Assembly (NCBI RefSeq): GCF_009914755.1
Contig: NC_060928.1
Reading direction: 5' to 3' (one strand)
DNA: 64,000 nt
Source of the DNA: the human T2T-CHM13v2.0 reference genome, Homo sapiens
Shown here piece by piece: positions 29,875 through 43,545 of this stretch (position 1 is its first letter; every line of letters begins with the position of its first letter). The notes beneath the pieces are model-generated. The model was not told the DNA's origin, made no database searches, and saw only the letters and a list, made by a program, of their open reading frames with translations. The translations under genes were made by a program, and so were the position numbers.

Positions 29875-30474
29875 TGAGAGGTGAAGCCGGCTGGGCTTTG
29901 GGGTCAGGTGCGGACTTGGAGAACTTTTCTGTCTAGCTAAAGGGTTGTAAATGCGCCAATCAGCAGTCTGTGTCTAGCTAAAAGTTTGTAAACACACCAA
30001 TCAGCACTCTGTAAAAATGCACCAATCAGTGCTCTGTGTCTAGGAAAAGTTTGTAAACACACCAATCAGCACTCTGTAAAAATGGACTAATCAGCACTTG
30101 GTAAAATGGACCAATCAGCTCTCTGTAAAATGGACCAATCAGCAGGATGTGGGCGGGGCCAAATAAGGGAATAAAAGCTGGCCACCCGTGGAAGCTTTGC
30201 TCTTTTGCTCTCCACAATAAATCTTGCTGTTGCTCACTCTTTGGGTCCACGCCACCTTTATGAGCTGTAACACTCACTACGAAGGTCTGCAGCTTCACTC
30301 CTGAAGTTAGCAAGACCACGAACCCACCTGAAGGAAGAAACTCTGGACATGTCTGAACATCAGAAGGAACAAACTCTGGACACACCATCTTTAAGAATTG
30401 TAACAGTCACCACGAGGGTCCACAGCTTCATTCTTGAAGTCAGCAAGACCAAGAACCCGCCAATTTTGGACACA
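29875..30474 (+). mobile_element. LTR12 (ERV9) solo LTR
   Basis: tgagaggtgaagcc start, six ccaatca repeats, GC box at ~30151, aataaaa TATA-like box, ggacaca end; TSD tatg. Confidence 0.96.
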
Positions 30475-30945
30475 TATGTATATACTTTTGTTTTCTCCAA
30501 ACAATGACAAAGGGCACAAAAATTAATTTGATTATGTAGTAAAAGGGATTTAACATCTTAAATATGCTTCTATACAGTTTTAGCTATATTTAATCTAATT
30601 TTATTATTTACAATTTAAAGACAGAAGTATAAATTATCTCTTAGATCTCATTTTTTAATTGAAGAAAGTTAATAAAATGAACAAGCATATTAGCCATTTA
30701 AAATGCCATACTTTACCACAGTTAATTAAAATATAATCAACACATGTCAAAATGTCTTGGCTAGTTGTATAATCTAAAGAATTTTTCCCAGTGATTATAT
30801 TCCTTAAATATGAAAATAAATAAACCTTTCTTTGACACACACAGTCATTTCAAATGTTTATCTTTAATCAACAACAGACTAGACATCTTTAGTGTTTGAA
30901 GAATGAAACACAGGATACATGATTTTGTCAAAACACAGGACTCAT

Positions 30946-31647
30946 TCTGTCCAGAATTGGTTCCTTCCAATGGGTTCTTGGTCTCGCTGACTTCAACAAT
31001 GAAGCTGCGGACCCTCACAGTGAGTGTTACATTTCTTAAAGATGGTGTGTCCGGAGTTTGTTCCTTCAGATGTTCAGATGTGTCCGGAGTTTCTTCCTTC
31101 ATGTGGGTTCGTAGTCTCACTTGATTTCAGGAGTGAAGCTGCAGACCTTCGCAGTGAGTGTTACAGCTCTTAAAGGTGGCGCGTCTGGAGTTGTTTCTTC
31201 CTCCCAGTGGGTTCGTGGTCTCACTGACTTCAGGGGTGAAGCTGCAGACCTTCGCAGTGTTACAGTTCATAAAGGTAGTGTGGACACAAAGAGTGAGCAG
31301 CAGCAAGATTTATTGTGAAGAGCGAAACAACAAAGCTTCCACAGCGCGGAAGGGGACCTGAGCGGGTTGCCGCTGCTGGCTCGGGTGGCCAGCTTTTATT
31401 CCCTTATTTGGCCCTGCCCACATCCTGCTGATTGGTCCATTTTACAGAGGGCTGATTGATACGTTTATAAACCTTTGACTAGACACAGAGCACTGATTGG
31501 TGCATTTTTACAAAGTGCTGATTTGTGCATATACAAACCTTTAGCTAGACACAGAGTGCTGATTGGTGTGTTTACAATCCTTTAGCTAGACAGAAAAGTT
31601 CTCCAAGTCCCCACCTGACCCAGGAGCCCAGCCAGCTTCACCTCTCA
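30946..31647 (-). mobile_element. LTR12 (ERV9) solo LTR
   Basis: Reverse complement ending gcttcacctctca; gattgg repeats; intact TSS region at ~31340-31400; TSD tcat (30942-30945 and 31648-31651). Confidence 0.96.
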
Positions 31648-32234
31648 TCATGATTTTATTAAAAATGTATGGCAAACTGCAGTTTATTATGTCAGTCTGG
31701 TTTACACGGATGCAAGTACTGTAAGCTGTTGTATCTAGGCAATAAGCAAGTCACACTTATAAGTAAAAAGCTTCCAATTAATTAGTTTGATTGCCTTCTT
31801 TCTTAGGTAAACATGATAATATAAACACTAATTTATGATATGTATATACACTTTACTACAAAAAACTTTTTATGAGAAACTAGGTATTCTTATGTGTGGT
31901 ACACACATTACATATCTGAACATACATGTACATACATGCTTCCCTCCACTTGTCATTCAAAGTCTTCAATTTTTGACGAGAGGTAGAAATCATTGATTTA
32001 GGGGCATGAAAAATGCTAAAAAGTAACATGACAGTAGCAAAATAAGAAAGGAGAGAAATTGGACTACAATTGCGGTACAACTAAATTATTTCTGAATACC
32101 ATTTTCAACAATTATAGGAAAAACAGTAACTAAGTTAAATAAAGAGCCCACTTGTAATTACATCGGCATATTGTCCTAGACAATTGTGCTACTGATGGTT
32201 TGCTGTGTTGTTTAGAGTTCATTGTGTAAAGTGT

Positions 32235-33190
32235 ATTCATCAGACATTCACTCAACAGTTACCTATCAAGTGCCAATTATGTACCAGGCTTTGTTTATGT
32301 GGTATACCTCCGTTAACAAAACTAAGTTACTTGACCTCTGGTTGCATATATTCTAGGGGGTAGAAACTTCACCAGAATGCTAGAGATTTTGGTCTAGGTC
32401 TTGCTACTTATGGCACAGAAAGCCAATCACTGAGACAATGATTACTGGCCAGGGAAGAAGGCTTTAATAAGTTGCTGCAGCCAAGAAGATGAGAGTTCAG
32501 TCTCAAATTCATCTCCCTGACCAACTACAATTAGGAGTTTATATAGCAGGGAAGAAATGTAACCAAGTATGAGAAAACAGCAATTAGGGAGGTGTAAGCA
32601 AGAGAAGTTGATCAACAGGAAGCAGGTGGTTGTTTGGGCAATCATAATATGTGATCAGTCTGGCATCTCATGGTCCAGGTGCAATGATCTAGGGCTTCAG
32701 CTCCTTGATACTATCTGGGTAGCCTGATAGTTGGTTTCCTGAGAAGGAAACTCAAATCAGACAATTGTAACTATCACAAGTTTTAAGACTGGTAGTATCA
32801 ATTTCTTTGTTCACTCAAAGAAACCGTAAGCATCAGTTATATGGGAAAATTGGGCTTGTTTCAAAAACAGCCAATCAAAAATAGACTTAATGAGTAAATT
32901 ATTTGTTAAAGGGGTACAATTATGTGCAAGAAACACATAGTATAAATATAAAGCACAAAAATCTGCTAAAGTGACCAGAAAGCCTGGAATGTACAGTGAG
33001 GCAGTTTGCAGTATTGTGAAGGTAAGCTATGAGCTAAGCCTTAAAGGAGTAAAATGTAGCCAACAGATATATGAAGGAAGAGCATTCCAGCAGAGGTAAC
33101 AGCCAAAGTGATTCCATAAAGCTGGAGTATGCCTGGCATGTTTGGGCAATCGTGGTGAGTTCCTTGTTGGTGGCATGGAGTGAGCATAGA
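32235..33190 (-). mobile_element. L2 3' region, interrupted by LOR1
   Basis: cattcactcaaca..aagtgccaattatgtaccagg; gaagagcattccagcagaggtaacagc..tgcctggcatgtttg. Confidence 0.7.
32368..32863 (-). mobile_element. LOR1 solo LTR
   Basis: ttggtttcctgagaagg..aagttttaagactgg..catcagtt..atgggaaaattgggcttgtttca is the reverse complement of the LOR1 5' end. Confidence 0.85.
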
Positions 33191-35504
33191 GAATAATAGG
33201 TAACTCAGTAACAGCTGTTCTGATCTTGTTTCTCATACAAATCTTCTTAACTCCTTCTCAGTAGAGTTACAGCAGATACACTGTAGCCTGATTGTAGAAG
33301 TACCCTAGGACTACCACTTCTCCACATTAAATGTGTCATGTGGAAGCTTTGCTAAGACTCACTACAGTCAATTTTCTGTGGTGCTATTCACATTAAACAA
33401 ACCCATCCTCATTATTAGGAATTTTTGGACAAACTTTAAAATCATCACTTCCTTGATACTTAAATTTAAGGTATGAAAATTGTATTTACTTACATAAAGG
33501 AATTTAAGTAAAGATCCTTCTCAATTTAAATAAAAACAGTGTTTCTCACTAAATGAGCTTTATTATGTATATGACCTTCACTAAATATGAGGCTTACGTT
33601 AACTTAAGTAATGCAGTGACATCCAAAGTTTTTTAAAGTGTTTTGAGTTCATGAAATTCCTGAGACCTTATTTTTCTCTAAGTGAGATGTCTTTGTTATA
33701 TATTATTTAGATTAATCTTATCATTCTCTCATGCATATTTTTATATTTTTTTTCTTCCTAAATTGACTATATTTTAAAACCTCCAAGTACTATAGTTTAT
33801 ATTTATTTTGATCATTAGGATCTTAATAGTCTTCCTCTGTGAACCTGCTACATATAATGTATTTTTAAAAGTTTCAAAAATTAAACTCCATATGAAAACT
33901 ACAATTATTGCGTTTTCCTCACTATTGTGCTTTTTCTTCTTATGTGAAATATCAGTTATAGATGCAAAATAAGTAGGAAGAACATATTCTGAATTATATC
34001 TTTCAAACATCACCTTATGTTTTCTCAGCATCATTGGCTGTGTACTACTGGCAGCGGGAAATATTTTGGCAATGTTAAAGTATAATTTCATACTTGCTTT
34101 TAAATATGAGCCAAATGAGTGAACAGCTGGGAGCTCCTAGCCTTGGAGAAGGCTTTTCACAAGAGATCAAATTACTGGCATAGTCATAGCACAATCTTAG
34201 TTGCTCCTTGACTTTTGCTCTGTGGTATAGAAAAAAAGATAAGCAAACAAAATATTCTAAAAATAAAGAAAAATTACTGTTTTTCATAATTTCATAAAAC
34301 AGTTTAATTTATCTATCACATTATATATCTCAAATCTACAAAGATAAAATAAAATAATATACCTAAAAATGCATGCATCTCATGCATGTATTCTCAGCCT
34401 AAGTATTTGATAATAGTTCATGTTTTATTAAGATTTACATTGGTTTAGTGTATTGAGAATAAGGTGAAGACATTTTATACTATTAGTAAAAGAAATTATT
34501 AGAAACCATCCACAATGCATTTATTTTCTGCCTACAACATATATCAGAATAGATTATTGAGGTTTCCCATGTAGATTATTGCTCTACCTCTATTTTTATT
34601 TCTGAATGCTTTTGATTTTCATATTTAGATATTCCATTATAAACACAAAATATTTATAATTGATTTCTCCATTTATTTTATTGTAACTATATTCATCTAG
34701 ATTAGTTATAGTGTTTACTGATTGCTGCTTTAAACTTCTTTAATGTTGTTTCTATTGGTCATTTCTGCTTTGGTTATATTTATGAATTTTCATAGAACTT
34801 TAGAGAATTTTCTTAATGTGTAATTACATTTGTTGAAGACAGCTGAATGATTTTTGAAAGTGAAAATGTATAATACTTTCTTTCCTTGATTTTTACCTTC
34901 TCTACTGTGCTGCAATGTAACTTCCTGCACAAACAATCCTCCCACCTCCAACTTCCACTTGATATGATAGGGCTATGTAATTTGGATATCCCCTAAATTT
35001 GAATTCATTGTAGAGAAATAAGAAGAGGTTGTATGAATGACATCAAGCATTTAGTGGCAACGTATATGGAAACAAAATGGGTGGAAAATTTCAGAGAAAA
35101 ATACTGGATATCTCACGAGACCTAGGATAAAATTTGTGATGACCATGTGTAAATCTTCAAGAAAAACAGTAATCTATATTACTAACTTTATTTCTTATTT
35201 ATCTACCAATTTGCATATAGATAGCCCTGAATTTATTATTTCAATACATCTTTTTAAAGTATGTATATAAGTATTATCATATATTATTGTAAAATGTCTC
35301 TTTAAAATTTAATAATAAATTGAAGAGTATAACCCTCTTGAAGAAAAAACTTTTGCAATAAAAATACTTTTGCATTTATTCCATCTTCTGCTAACTGTTT
35401 AATTTCAGATAAATGCTTTGTAGATAGCTTGTTTGTTTTATACTGATGTTTATGTTTTCCTAAAGCAACACTTTTACTATTTTTTTAAAAAAGTAATATA
35501 CGAG

Positions 35505-38500
35505 AAGACTTCTGAAATGCCTGTATAAAGAGCTTGAAAAATTATTTCTAGAATAATGCAGCAAAAAATGGTCAAAATAGTAAAATACAACCATTTACAG
35601 TCTCTGAAAATTGACTACAGAGAATACAACTTAAAAAATAGTTTATTCAAGAAAATGTCCTATTCTCAGAATACATCATTGGATTTTGAGATAGTTAGGT
35701 CAGAGGCTGTTCCCATCTACACTCAGCAACTAGTTTGGAAGGTTTATTCTGGGAGTTGCTCAAAGTTTCCATCATTTTACCATAACTTTGTGGTGGAGAT
35801 AGCCTACTTTAGGCAAGAAGAAGAGGCCATGAGAAATGGCTGCTTCCTTTCTACTCCCTCCTACACCCAGTTCTTGCTCTATTGCATGGAGATTCCATTC
35901 TGGGCAGAGGCCATTTCTACTACTGACACTATGTTGAAGAAATTCTACTCATGGAGTGATCTAAGGTGTTTGACATTATACAGAACGAAGCATGGAAAAA
36001 TCAATTTTTAGAAATGATTTTCAGAAATTACAGTGGCAAAAAAATAAAAAATAGGTAGGGTAGAAAAATGGAAAACCGCCCAGAAATTTGTCAGGGAAGC
36101 CCAGAGTGGGATACAGCCAAAGAGGGCTCTCCTAAGATCCAACTCCATCTTTTGTGATTCTGAAGGCAATGCACATGTGTAAAGCTATGGCTGTTCAGGA
36201 GACACAGAGAGGGAAATTGTGAACACTTGTCACTGGCTGATTACAGGGACTACTTTTAACTTCCCCCAAATTGAAAACATTCCTAAAGATACACACAAAC
36301 CTATCTCAAAGGGTCAAAACCAAATGGCTTAAAGCACAACCTCTGACCAATCACTGGCTGATTATGAAACTAGGCATACTGTGGCCAGTTCTGAGGAAGA
36401 CAGGTCCAAATGATGCAGTTGGAAGATAAAGACCTCAAAGAAGTTCTTTTAAACATACTCAAAATCCAAAATTAAAAAAAAGTATTTTAAAAGAATCCCA
36501 AAAGACTATGACAGTTACTCATTAAATAGAGAATCTTTATAAAAAACAGAAATAATAATATGTAAGCAAATAGAAATTTTAGAGTTTAAAAATACAGTAA
36601 CTAGAAAAAATACTTAAAGGGGATAAAGTAGATTTGGCATGACAAAAAGACATAAAGATGTGATGATACATCAATAGAAATTAACTAATCTGAAGAACAG
36701 AAAAAAAAAAGAACAAAGAAATTTAGAGAGTTAGAGATATATGGGACGCCATTAAGCTTACCAAGATAAATATAAAGAGTGTCAGAAGGAAAAGGAAGAA
36801 AAAAAGAATGTGTTTGAAAAAAATGACCAAAAAATTACCAAATTATATTTAACACATGAATGTACAGATATAAAAAGTTCAAAAAACTCCAAGTTTTTGA
36901 ACAAAGATATTCACACCTGGACACCCATAGTCAAAAAATTGAAATACAGTTATGAAAATAAAATCTTTAAAGCAGCAAGAGAAAAATAATTCATTACATA
37001 CAAGCAAATCACTTAAAGATTAACAGCTGATATTTTATTAATAATAATGAAGGCCAGAAGGCAGTGGATGACATAGTCAAAGTCCTGCAAATAAAACAAT
37101 AAACACAAAATAAAAACAAAAACAGAAGTATCTCGATTACATCTAGAAAAACTATCCTTCAAAAATGGAAGTGAATTAAAGACAGTCATGAACAACAAAG
37201 ATTGAAAGATTGTACTGCTATCTTGACTAGCTTATAAGAAATACACACACACACACACACACACACACAGAGCTGTTGTGTGTATATATGTATATGCATA
37301 TATATATATATATTTGAATAGGTTAGAAGTGAGAAAGTAATTCAAATCCATATAAACAAATAAAGAGCATTGGTAATAGAAATAAGGTGGATGATTACAT
37401 AATATAATTGTATATTTTCTCCATTATTTGCTTAAGTAACTCTTAAAAAGTACATAAAACAAGAATTATAAAATTTTATCCCTTAACTTTTAAAGATGTA
37501 TATATATGAAAACTGGGCAATCTAAGAATGAGATAATGCTCTACAGAGAGAGGAAAGGACTCCAGATTGTAACTCAATCTTCTCCAATGAAAGAAAGAAT
37601 CCAAGAAACAATAACATAAGTAGATTAATATGTAAGATTATGTACATATATTTTATATTTTATTTGTGCTTAGAGAATCTTTGAAAGACACAGGATTATA
37701 TAAAGCATGAATTTTAACATTCTAATGTTGGGTTTGTAACATACATAGATGTAATACAGATGATTCAACGTGAAGAAAGGAAGAGAAAATATTACTATAA
37801 TGGTGCAAAGTTTCTGTATTTTAATAGAATTAGGTTAGCATAAATTTGAAGCAGATTCAGACAAGAGATGTAGTGTCATCTCTAGAGCAACCACTGAGAA
37901 GAAAACATCAAATATATATCAAAATGTTATAACAATATGCAAGCCGTTAAAAGAAGGCAGTAACAGAAAATCAGGGGAACAAAAAGTCAAGACTCACCCA
38001 AAGAAAACTAATATCTAAATGGAAGGTGTTAATTAAACTACAATAATAATATAAAATAAGAGTAAAGATCTCAAATCAAAGTGGTTAGTATAAAAAGCTA
38101 GAAAACTGAATTCAAACCAAGGAAAATAAACCCAAAAAAGAACAAATAAAAATTGAAACAGAAATTAATAAATTAGAAAATATAAAAAAAGAAACCAGAA
38201 ATCGGATCTTCTTCAAGATTAAGCAAAAAACTCACCCACATTTAACGATATTAGCCAAGGATAATTAAGAGAAGACACAAATTACCAATATAAGGGATGA
38301 AAGAGGGGGCAGCACTACTGACTTAACAGATATTAAAGGAGTTGAAGGAATAGTATGAAAAAATTTATGCCACAAATTAGACAACTTAGATGAAGTGGAC
38401 AAGCTTCTGGAAACACAAATTACCCGAATGGACCCCAGAAGAATATATAAGATATAAGATACTATAAAAAGGCCTATACAAACTAAAGAGATTAAATTAT

Positions 38501-40800
38501 TAATTAGAAATCATTCACCCACACACATATTTGGAAATATCCAAACCCAGGTGCTTTAACTGGTAAATTCCACTGAACATTTATGAAATAAGTAATACCA
38601 TAGTGTGTAAACTATGTCAAAAAACATGACAGGAGGATACTACTTAGCCCATTTTATAAGGCCAGTGTTGCCCAGATACAACTAGATAAAGTCGGATACA
38701 GACATCACAAAACAAAACAAAACATAAACTACAGATCAGAATCCCTCATGATTGTAGACATACAATTTCTCAACAAAACAATAGGAAACCAAATTCAATA
38801 ACATAAAAAAGAATTATACACCATTAAAAGTACTGTTTATGGCAGGAATTAATTGATTTAACATCCAAAAGCCAGTTAGAGTTTTAACACACAATAATAA
38901 TAGAACAATAGACACAAAGCAAATTATTATCTTAATAGATACAGTGAAATTCAGTTGCAAAATGCAAAACTCGTTTTTAATTAAAAAAAACTTTTTACCT
39001 ACTGTAAGTAAAGTGGAAACACCTTGATTTGATGATAAACATCTTAAAAATACCTTATAGCTGACAAACATACCAGATGTTGAAAGACTGAATGCTTTTC
39101 CCAGAACAAGACAAGATTCTCTCCGTTTAACACATTTGTTCAACATTCTACTGGAAATAATAGCCAGTACAATTAGGCAAAGAAAGGAAAAAAATGAGAA
39201 ATAAAATCGGGACAGATTAGAAAGGAAAAGGTAAATTGTCTTTACTTGTGGACAATATAATCTTGTATACAGAAAAAATACACGCATTTACATACATGCT
39301 CACACACATACTCAAAAACTATGAACTCCAGCAGTCTCAGTCAAAAATCAAATATAAATTTTAAATGAAGCTAAGAAAATTCCCATTTAAAGCAGCACTA
39401 AAATAAAATATTTAGAAATTCAACCGTAATTGTACAAGTATTGTATTTTGAAAACTACAAATAGTGCTCAAAGAAAATGGTGCAACAGCAAATATAAATA
39501 AACTGTAAAACTTCCATATAAAAGTATAAAAAGACTTGGCATTCTTAGGACAGCAATAATTCCTAAATTAATATATAAATTACAATGTGATCCTTGTTCC
39601 AGCTGTTGCTGACATATTCTGCAGAAGTTGGCAAACTTGTGCTAAAATCACACAAAAATCCAAAGGACCCCATAACCAAAACACTTTTAAAAAATAAGAA
39701 CATACTTTCTACTTTCAAATCTTAGTACAGAGAGTCCCTGACTTACTATAGTTCAACTTAAAATACTTTTGACTTACAAAGAATTTATTAACCCAGCATA
39801 AGTTGAGGGGCATCTGCACGAAGCTACAGTAATACAGACAGTACGGTTGTGAAATAACGAAAGACATATGAATTTGTGAAACATCATCAAAATTATAAAA
39901 TAAATTATTGCATGCATGACTGATTTTCAACAAAGAGGCTAAAAGTACTCAATGAGAAAAGGATACTCTTTTACGCGTATTATCTTAAGATAACTGTACA
40001 TACAATGCAAAAAGATAAATTTAGTTCCTAACCTCATACTGTACAGAAAAATTAACTCACAATAAGTCATAAACCCAACTGTAAGTGCTAAAACTATAAA
40101 CTCTAAAAAATTCTATGTCTCTTAGATTAAGATTAAATATTCTTAAATTTGGAATACATAATCAGATATAACATGAAAATGGCAAGATGTAACAGAAAAA
40201 TTGATAAACTTGTCTTAATCAAAATTAAAAGCTTTTGATTTTCAAAAGATACAATCAAGAAAGTAAAAAATCAAGGTAAAGCTGGCAGAAAATATTTATA
40301 ATTATATTATACAAGATTTATATCCAAAATATATATAGAAAGAACTCTTACACATAAGAATATAAATAGCCTCATTAAAAATTGGAAAGAATATAAATAA
40401 TTATTTCACTAAACATGACATACAAACGGCCACAGAGCACATGAAAAGGCATTAAAATCAGTAGCAATTAGGGAAATGTGAATTCAACACTAATGAGATA
40501 GCACTTCCCACCTAATAGAATGGCTATAGTTAAAACACCCGACAGTAACAAGCGTAGGCAACTATGGGCAGAACCTAAAATAGGTATTCATTGTTTGTGG
40601 GTATCTATTGACAGTGTCTTAAAATATTAAACATTATTAAACACAGATTTACCATACCCTTGCAGTAAAAGCAATTCTCCTTCTAGGTATATAAATATAT
40701 ATAAATATAAATCTGCATATATTCAAAACAAATGAAAATATTTATACACTCAAAGATTTATATATGGATGTTCATGACCACATTTTTGTAATACCCTATA
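35505..40800 (+). mobile_element. Old, heavily decayed L1 (L1MC/L1MD-type) spanning 5'UTR, ORF1 and ORF2 remnants
   Basis: ORF1-like aaagcagcaagagaaaaa..gaaggccagaaggcagtggatgacata; ORF2-like aaattagacaacttagatgaagtggac, caacattctactggaa, gattttcaacaaag, attagggaaatg. Confidence 0.8.
37242..37313. repeat. (CA)n plus (TA)n compound microsatellite
   Basis: about 13 CA units, then tgtgtgtatatatg..atatatatat. Confidence 0.9.
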
Positions 40801-41185
40801 GAGCAAAGACCCAAAAAAAGTCTAGAGTCACCTATTTAGATATTTTTTTCTTAGAGTACTCATAAGTTGTATTAAGTTATTAATGAAAATAAAATGAGAA
40901 TCATATGGAGATTCCTTAGTTTGCAAGTTCTAGAGCTGACTTAAATCTTAACTGTATTGGCAATAGGTTGGGATCTTGGGGAAAAGTCATGGAAAGAGTA
41001 AAAATAAGAACCCTGCTTCAGGAAAATTAACTGATAACTACATTGATAGATCCTCTTCAGTAACATAGTAAAATGTACAACAGAGCCAAACAATGCAGAG
41101 CCTACTCTATACTTCTTTAAAGTTATTCTTGAGCCTGTAGAATAAGAAATCGAGCTTAACAATGGAGGACAAAAATGTTAGTGTT

Positions 41186-41531
41186 TATCTTAGTTCACTG
41201 TTGCTGCTATAACAAAATCCCTGAGACTAATGCATAAGAATATACCTGATTTCTTACAGTTTTGGAGACTGAGAAGTCAAAGATGAAGGCACCAGCATTT
41301 CATATATGGTGAGGGCCATCTTGCTGCATCCTTACATGACAAAAGACCAGAAGAGAGCAAACCCACTCCCTAAGCCCATTTAGAAGGGTTCTAATCCCAT
41401 CCATGAGGGCTCTTCCCTCGTGACTTAATCATCTCCTAAAGGCATCATCTCCTAAAGACCTCATCTCTTAATACTATCACACTGGCCATTAAGTTTCAAC
41501 ACATACATTTTGGGGAACACAGACCATAGCA
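41186..41531 (-). mobile_element. MSTD/MLT1A-type MaLR solo LTR
   Basis: tcttagttc..gctgctataacaaaat..taatcccatccatgagggc..cttaatactatcaca..agaccatagca; TSD gtgtt/ctgtt. Confidence 0.85.
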
Positions 41532-42609
41532 CTGTTTTATTCCAGGAAAACTAACAAGAAATATCTGATATACATTGGACATCAGTGGTCAAAATGCTGA
41601 GGATTTTTACCTCAGATTCTTTTTATTAAAAAAGAAAACACTGTTTTGCAGACCCCAAATATCTAATAAAATATTGAAATGTTTATGTGTATAGTTTGGC
41701 TGTAACTTTTGTTCTAGATTTATTTAAAATGTCAGACTGCAAAATAAATTGCATTTCAATTATTCATCTTTATGCATGTAATAATAACAGAGGCTATTTT
41801 GGAGAGTAGAATGATACTAGAATTTATCAGAAGTTCACTTACTGGAAAGAAATGACAGTAACTTGTATTTACTGTAGCTCTGTGAGTGCCACGAGAGTAT
41901 GTGCAGTAAATGGCCTATGGCATGTTTTCAAATCATTACAAGCCCCAGGGTTTTCATAAATCACCAGTTAGGAAGCACTCATTTAACATTGTTCTTAAGT
42001 AATAAATATGATAAATGCTTATATGTTAATTTTACTCTTAAAAATAAAGTACTCCAATTTTCTGAAAACCCAATTTATGCATTGTAGCTAAGTGTTAGGT
42101 TTGCTGTAAGTACTGCCCAACAAGATGAACAAAATATCCATGTTCTCCTTAACAGACCAATAGCAAGAGAAATGAAAAGAAAGAGATTGTGGAATGAGGA
42201 AAGCATAACGGGAATTAAGTTTGATGAATTCCAAGTTATGCTTCTGGTTCATCATTTTGAAACTGGACTTACAGAATATGCAGAGAGAATCCAAAATTAA
42301 GGTTAAAATTTATGATATCTTTAAGCAAGGGAAACAATGCAGGAAGTTGTATGGTAATAATTAAAATATTTAAATAGATTTTAAAAATTTAATTATTTGG
42401 ACAAAAAGCAACATAAGCAATATAAGTAAAGATAAAATCTTTAGAAAAAGCAAAAAAAGCATTTTCAGCTATGTAGGTCCAAATGTTAATATAACAAATT
42501 TAAAATAAACTGACAAGCATGAAAAGAATGAATTCAATCTGATACAAAATGGTAAAGAATTAAAGTTTTATAAAGGAATAAAGAAAAGAACATGGAAAAC
42601 AAATAACAC

Positions 42610-43192
42610 AGGAGCCCACCAACAGATGAATGGATAAATAATAAGTGGTATATACATACAATGAAATATTAATCAACTTCAAGAAAAAAGAGAATCATAC
42701 CACTTACAACAACATGGATAAACTTGAAGGACATTTTTTAATTGAAGTAAGACACAGAAGGACACGTATTAGATTATATCATTTATATGAGGAATCTAAA
42801 ATAGACAAACTCATAGAAACAGTGAAATGGTTGTTGTCATTGGTTAGGGGAAAGGAAAATGGCAAGGTAAAATGTTTCGGTTACACAAGATGAATAAATC
42901 CTGGAGTTCTACCATACAGTATAGTGCCTACAGTTAGCAACACTGTATTGTGTACTTAAATTTTACATACTTAAAAATTTGCTAAGAGGGTCGATCTTAT
43001 GTTCTTATCAGAAAATAATAATAAACACAGATTGGAGGAGAAAATTTTTTGAGGTGCTGGATACGTTTATGGCACAAATTGTAGTGATGGTTTTATGGGT
43101 GTGTACTTATCTCCAAACTCACTAAGTTGTGTACATTAAATATGTACAACTTTTTGTTTGTCAATTACACTTCAGTAAAGTGTTTTAAAAAC
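42610..43192 (+). mobile_element. L1MB1/2-type 3' end
   Basis: acagatgaatggataaa..aaatttgctaagaggg..tacttatctccaaactca..tacattaaatatgtaca. Confidence 0.8.
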
Positions 43193-43545
43193 ATACACAG
43201 GACTCCACATACACACACAAGGTCAATGAATATATAAAATGGAACAAATTAATGATAAAAAAAGCACAAATACTCAAAAATGTATTTTTGCTTATCAGAT
43301 ATATAATATCCGGTGAGGACAGGAGGGCAAAGATCTCTCGTGTGCATTATAGGTATTTTATAAACATGGGAGCAATATTCTAGTGACACAACTTTCCCTC
43401 CAACGGAAGGTCATCAGAGATCAGGAGATTTGGCAATGCCCAGATGTCTTAGGAACGTGGGCTATCAACACAGTGTGAATATGTGTACTAGAGGGCAACC
43501 TCCGCAGATGACAAATTGAGATAGTATTTAGTTGGAGTGAATTAT

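Noticed and set aside
29940-30145. Regularly spaced ccaatcagc repeats resembling an array
   Set aside because: These are the normal LTR12 U3 enhancer repeats, not CRISPR or a new tandem family.
35556-36011. 151-aa ATG ORF
   Set aside because: It lies in an old L1 5' region, has no recognisable domain, and is likely a chance ORF.
37320-37760. Two similar segments in the old L1 inter-ORF region
   Set aside because: Similarity is low and is probably an intrinsic feature of old L1M inter-ORF sequence.
38814-39287. 157-aa hydrophobic ORF
   Set aside because: It is antisense to A-rich L1 ORF2; the Phe/Leu richness is compositional.
41428-41457. atcatctcctaaag duplicated within the MaLR LTR
   Set aside because: Ordinary short slippage duplication.
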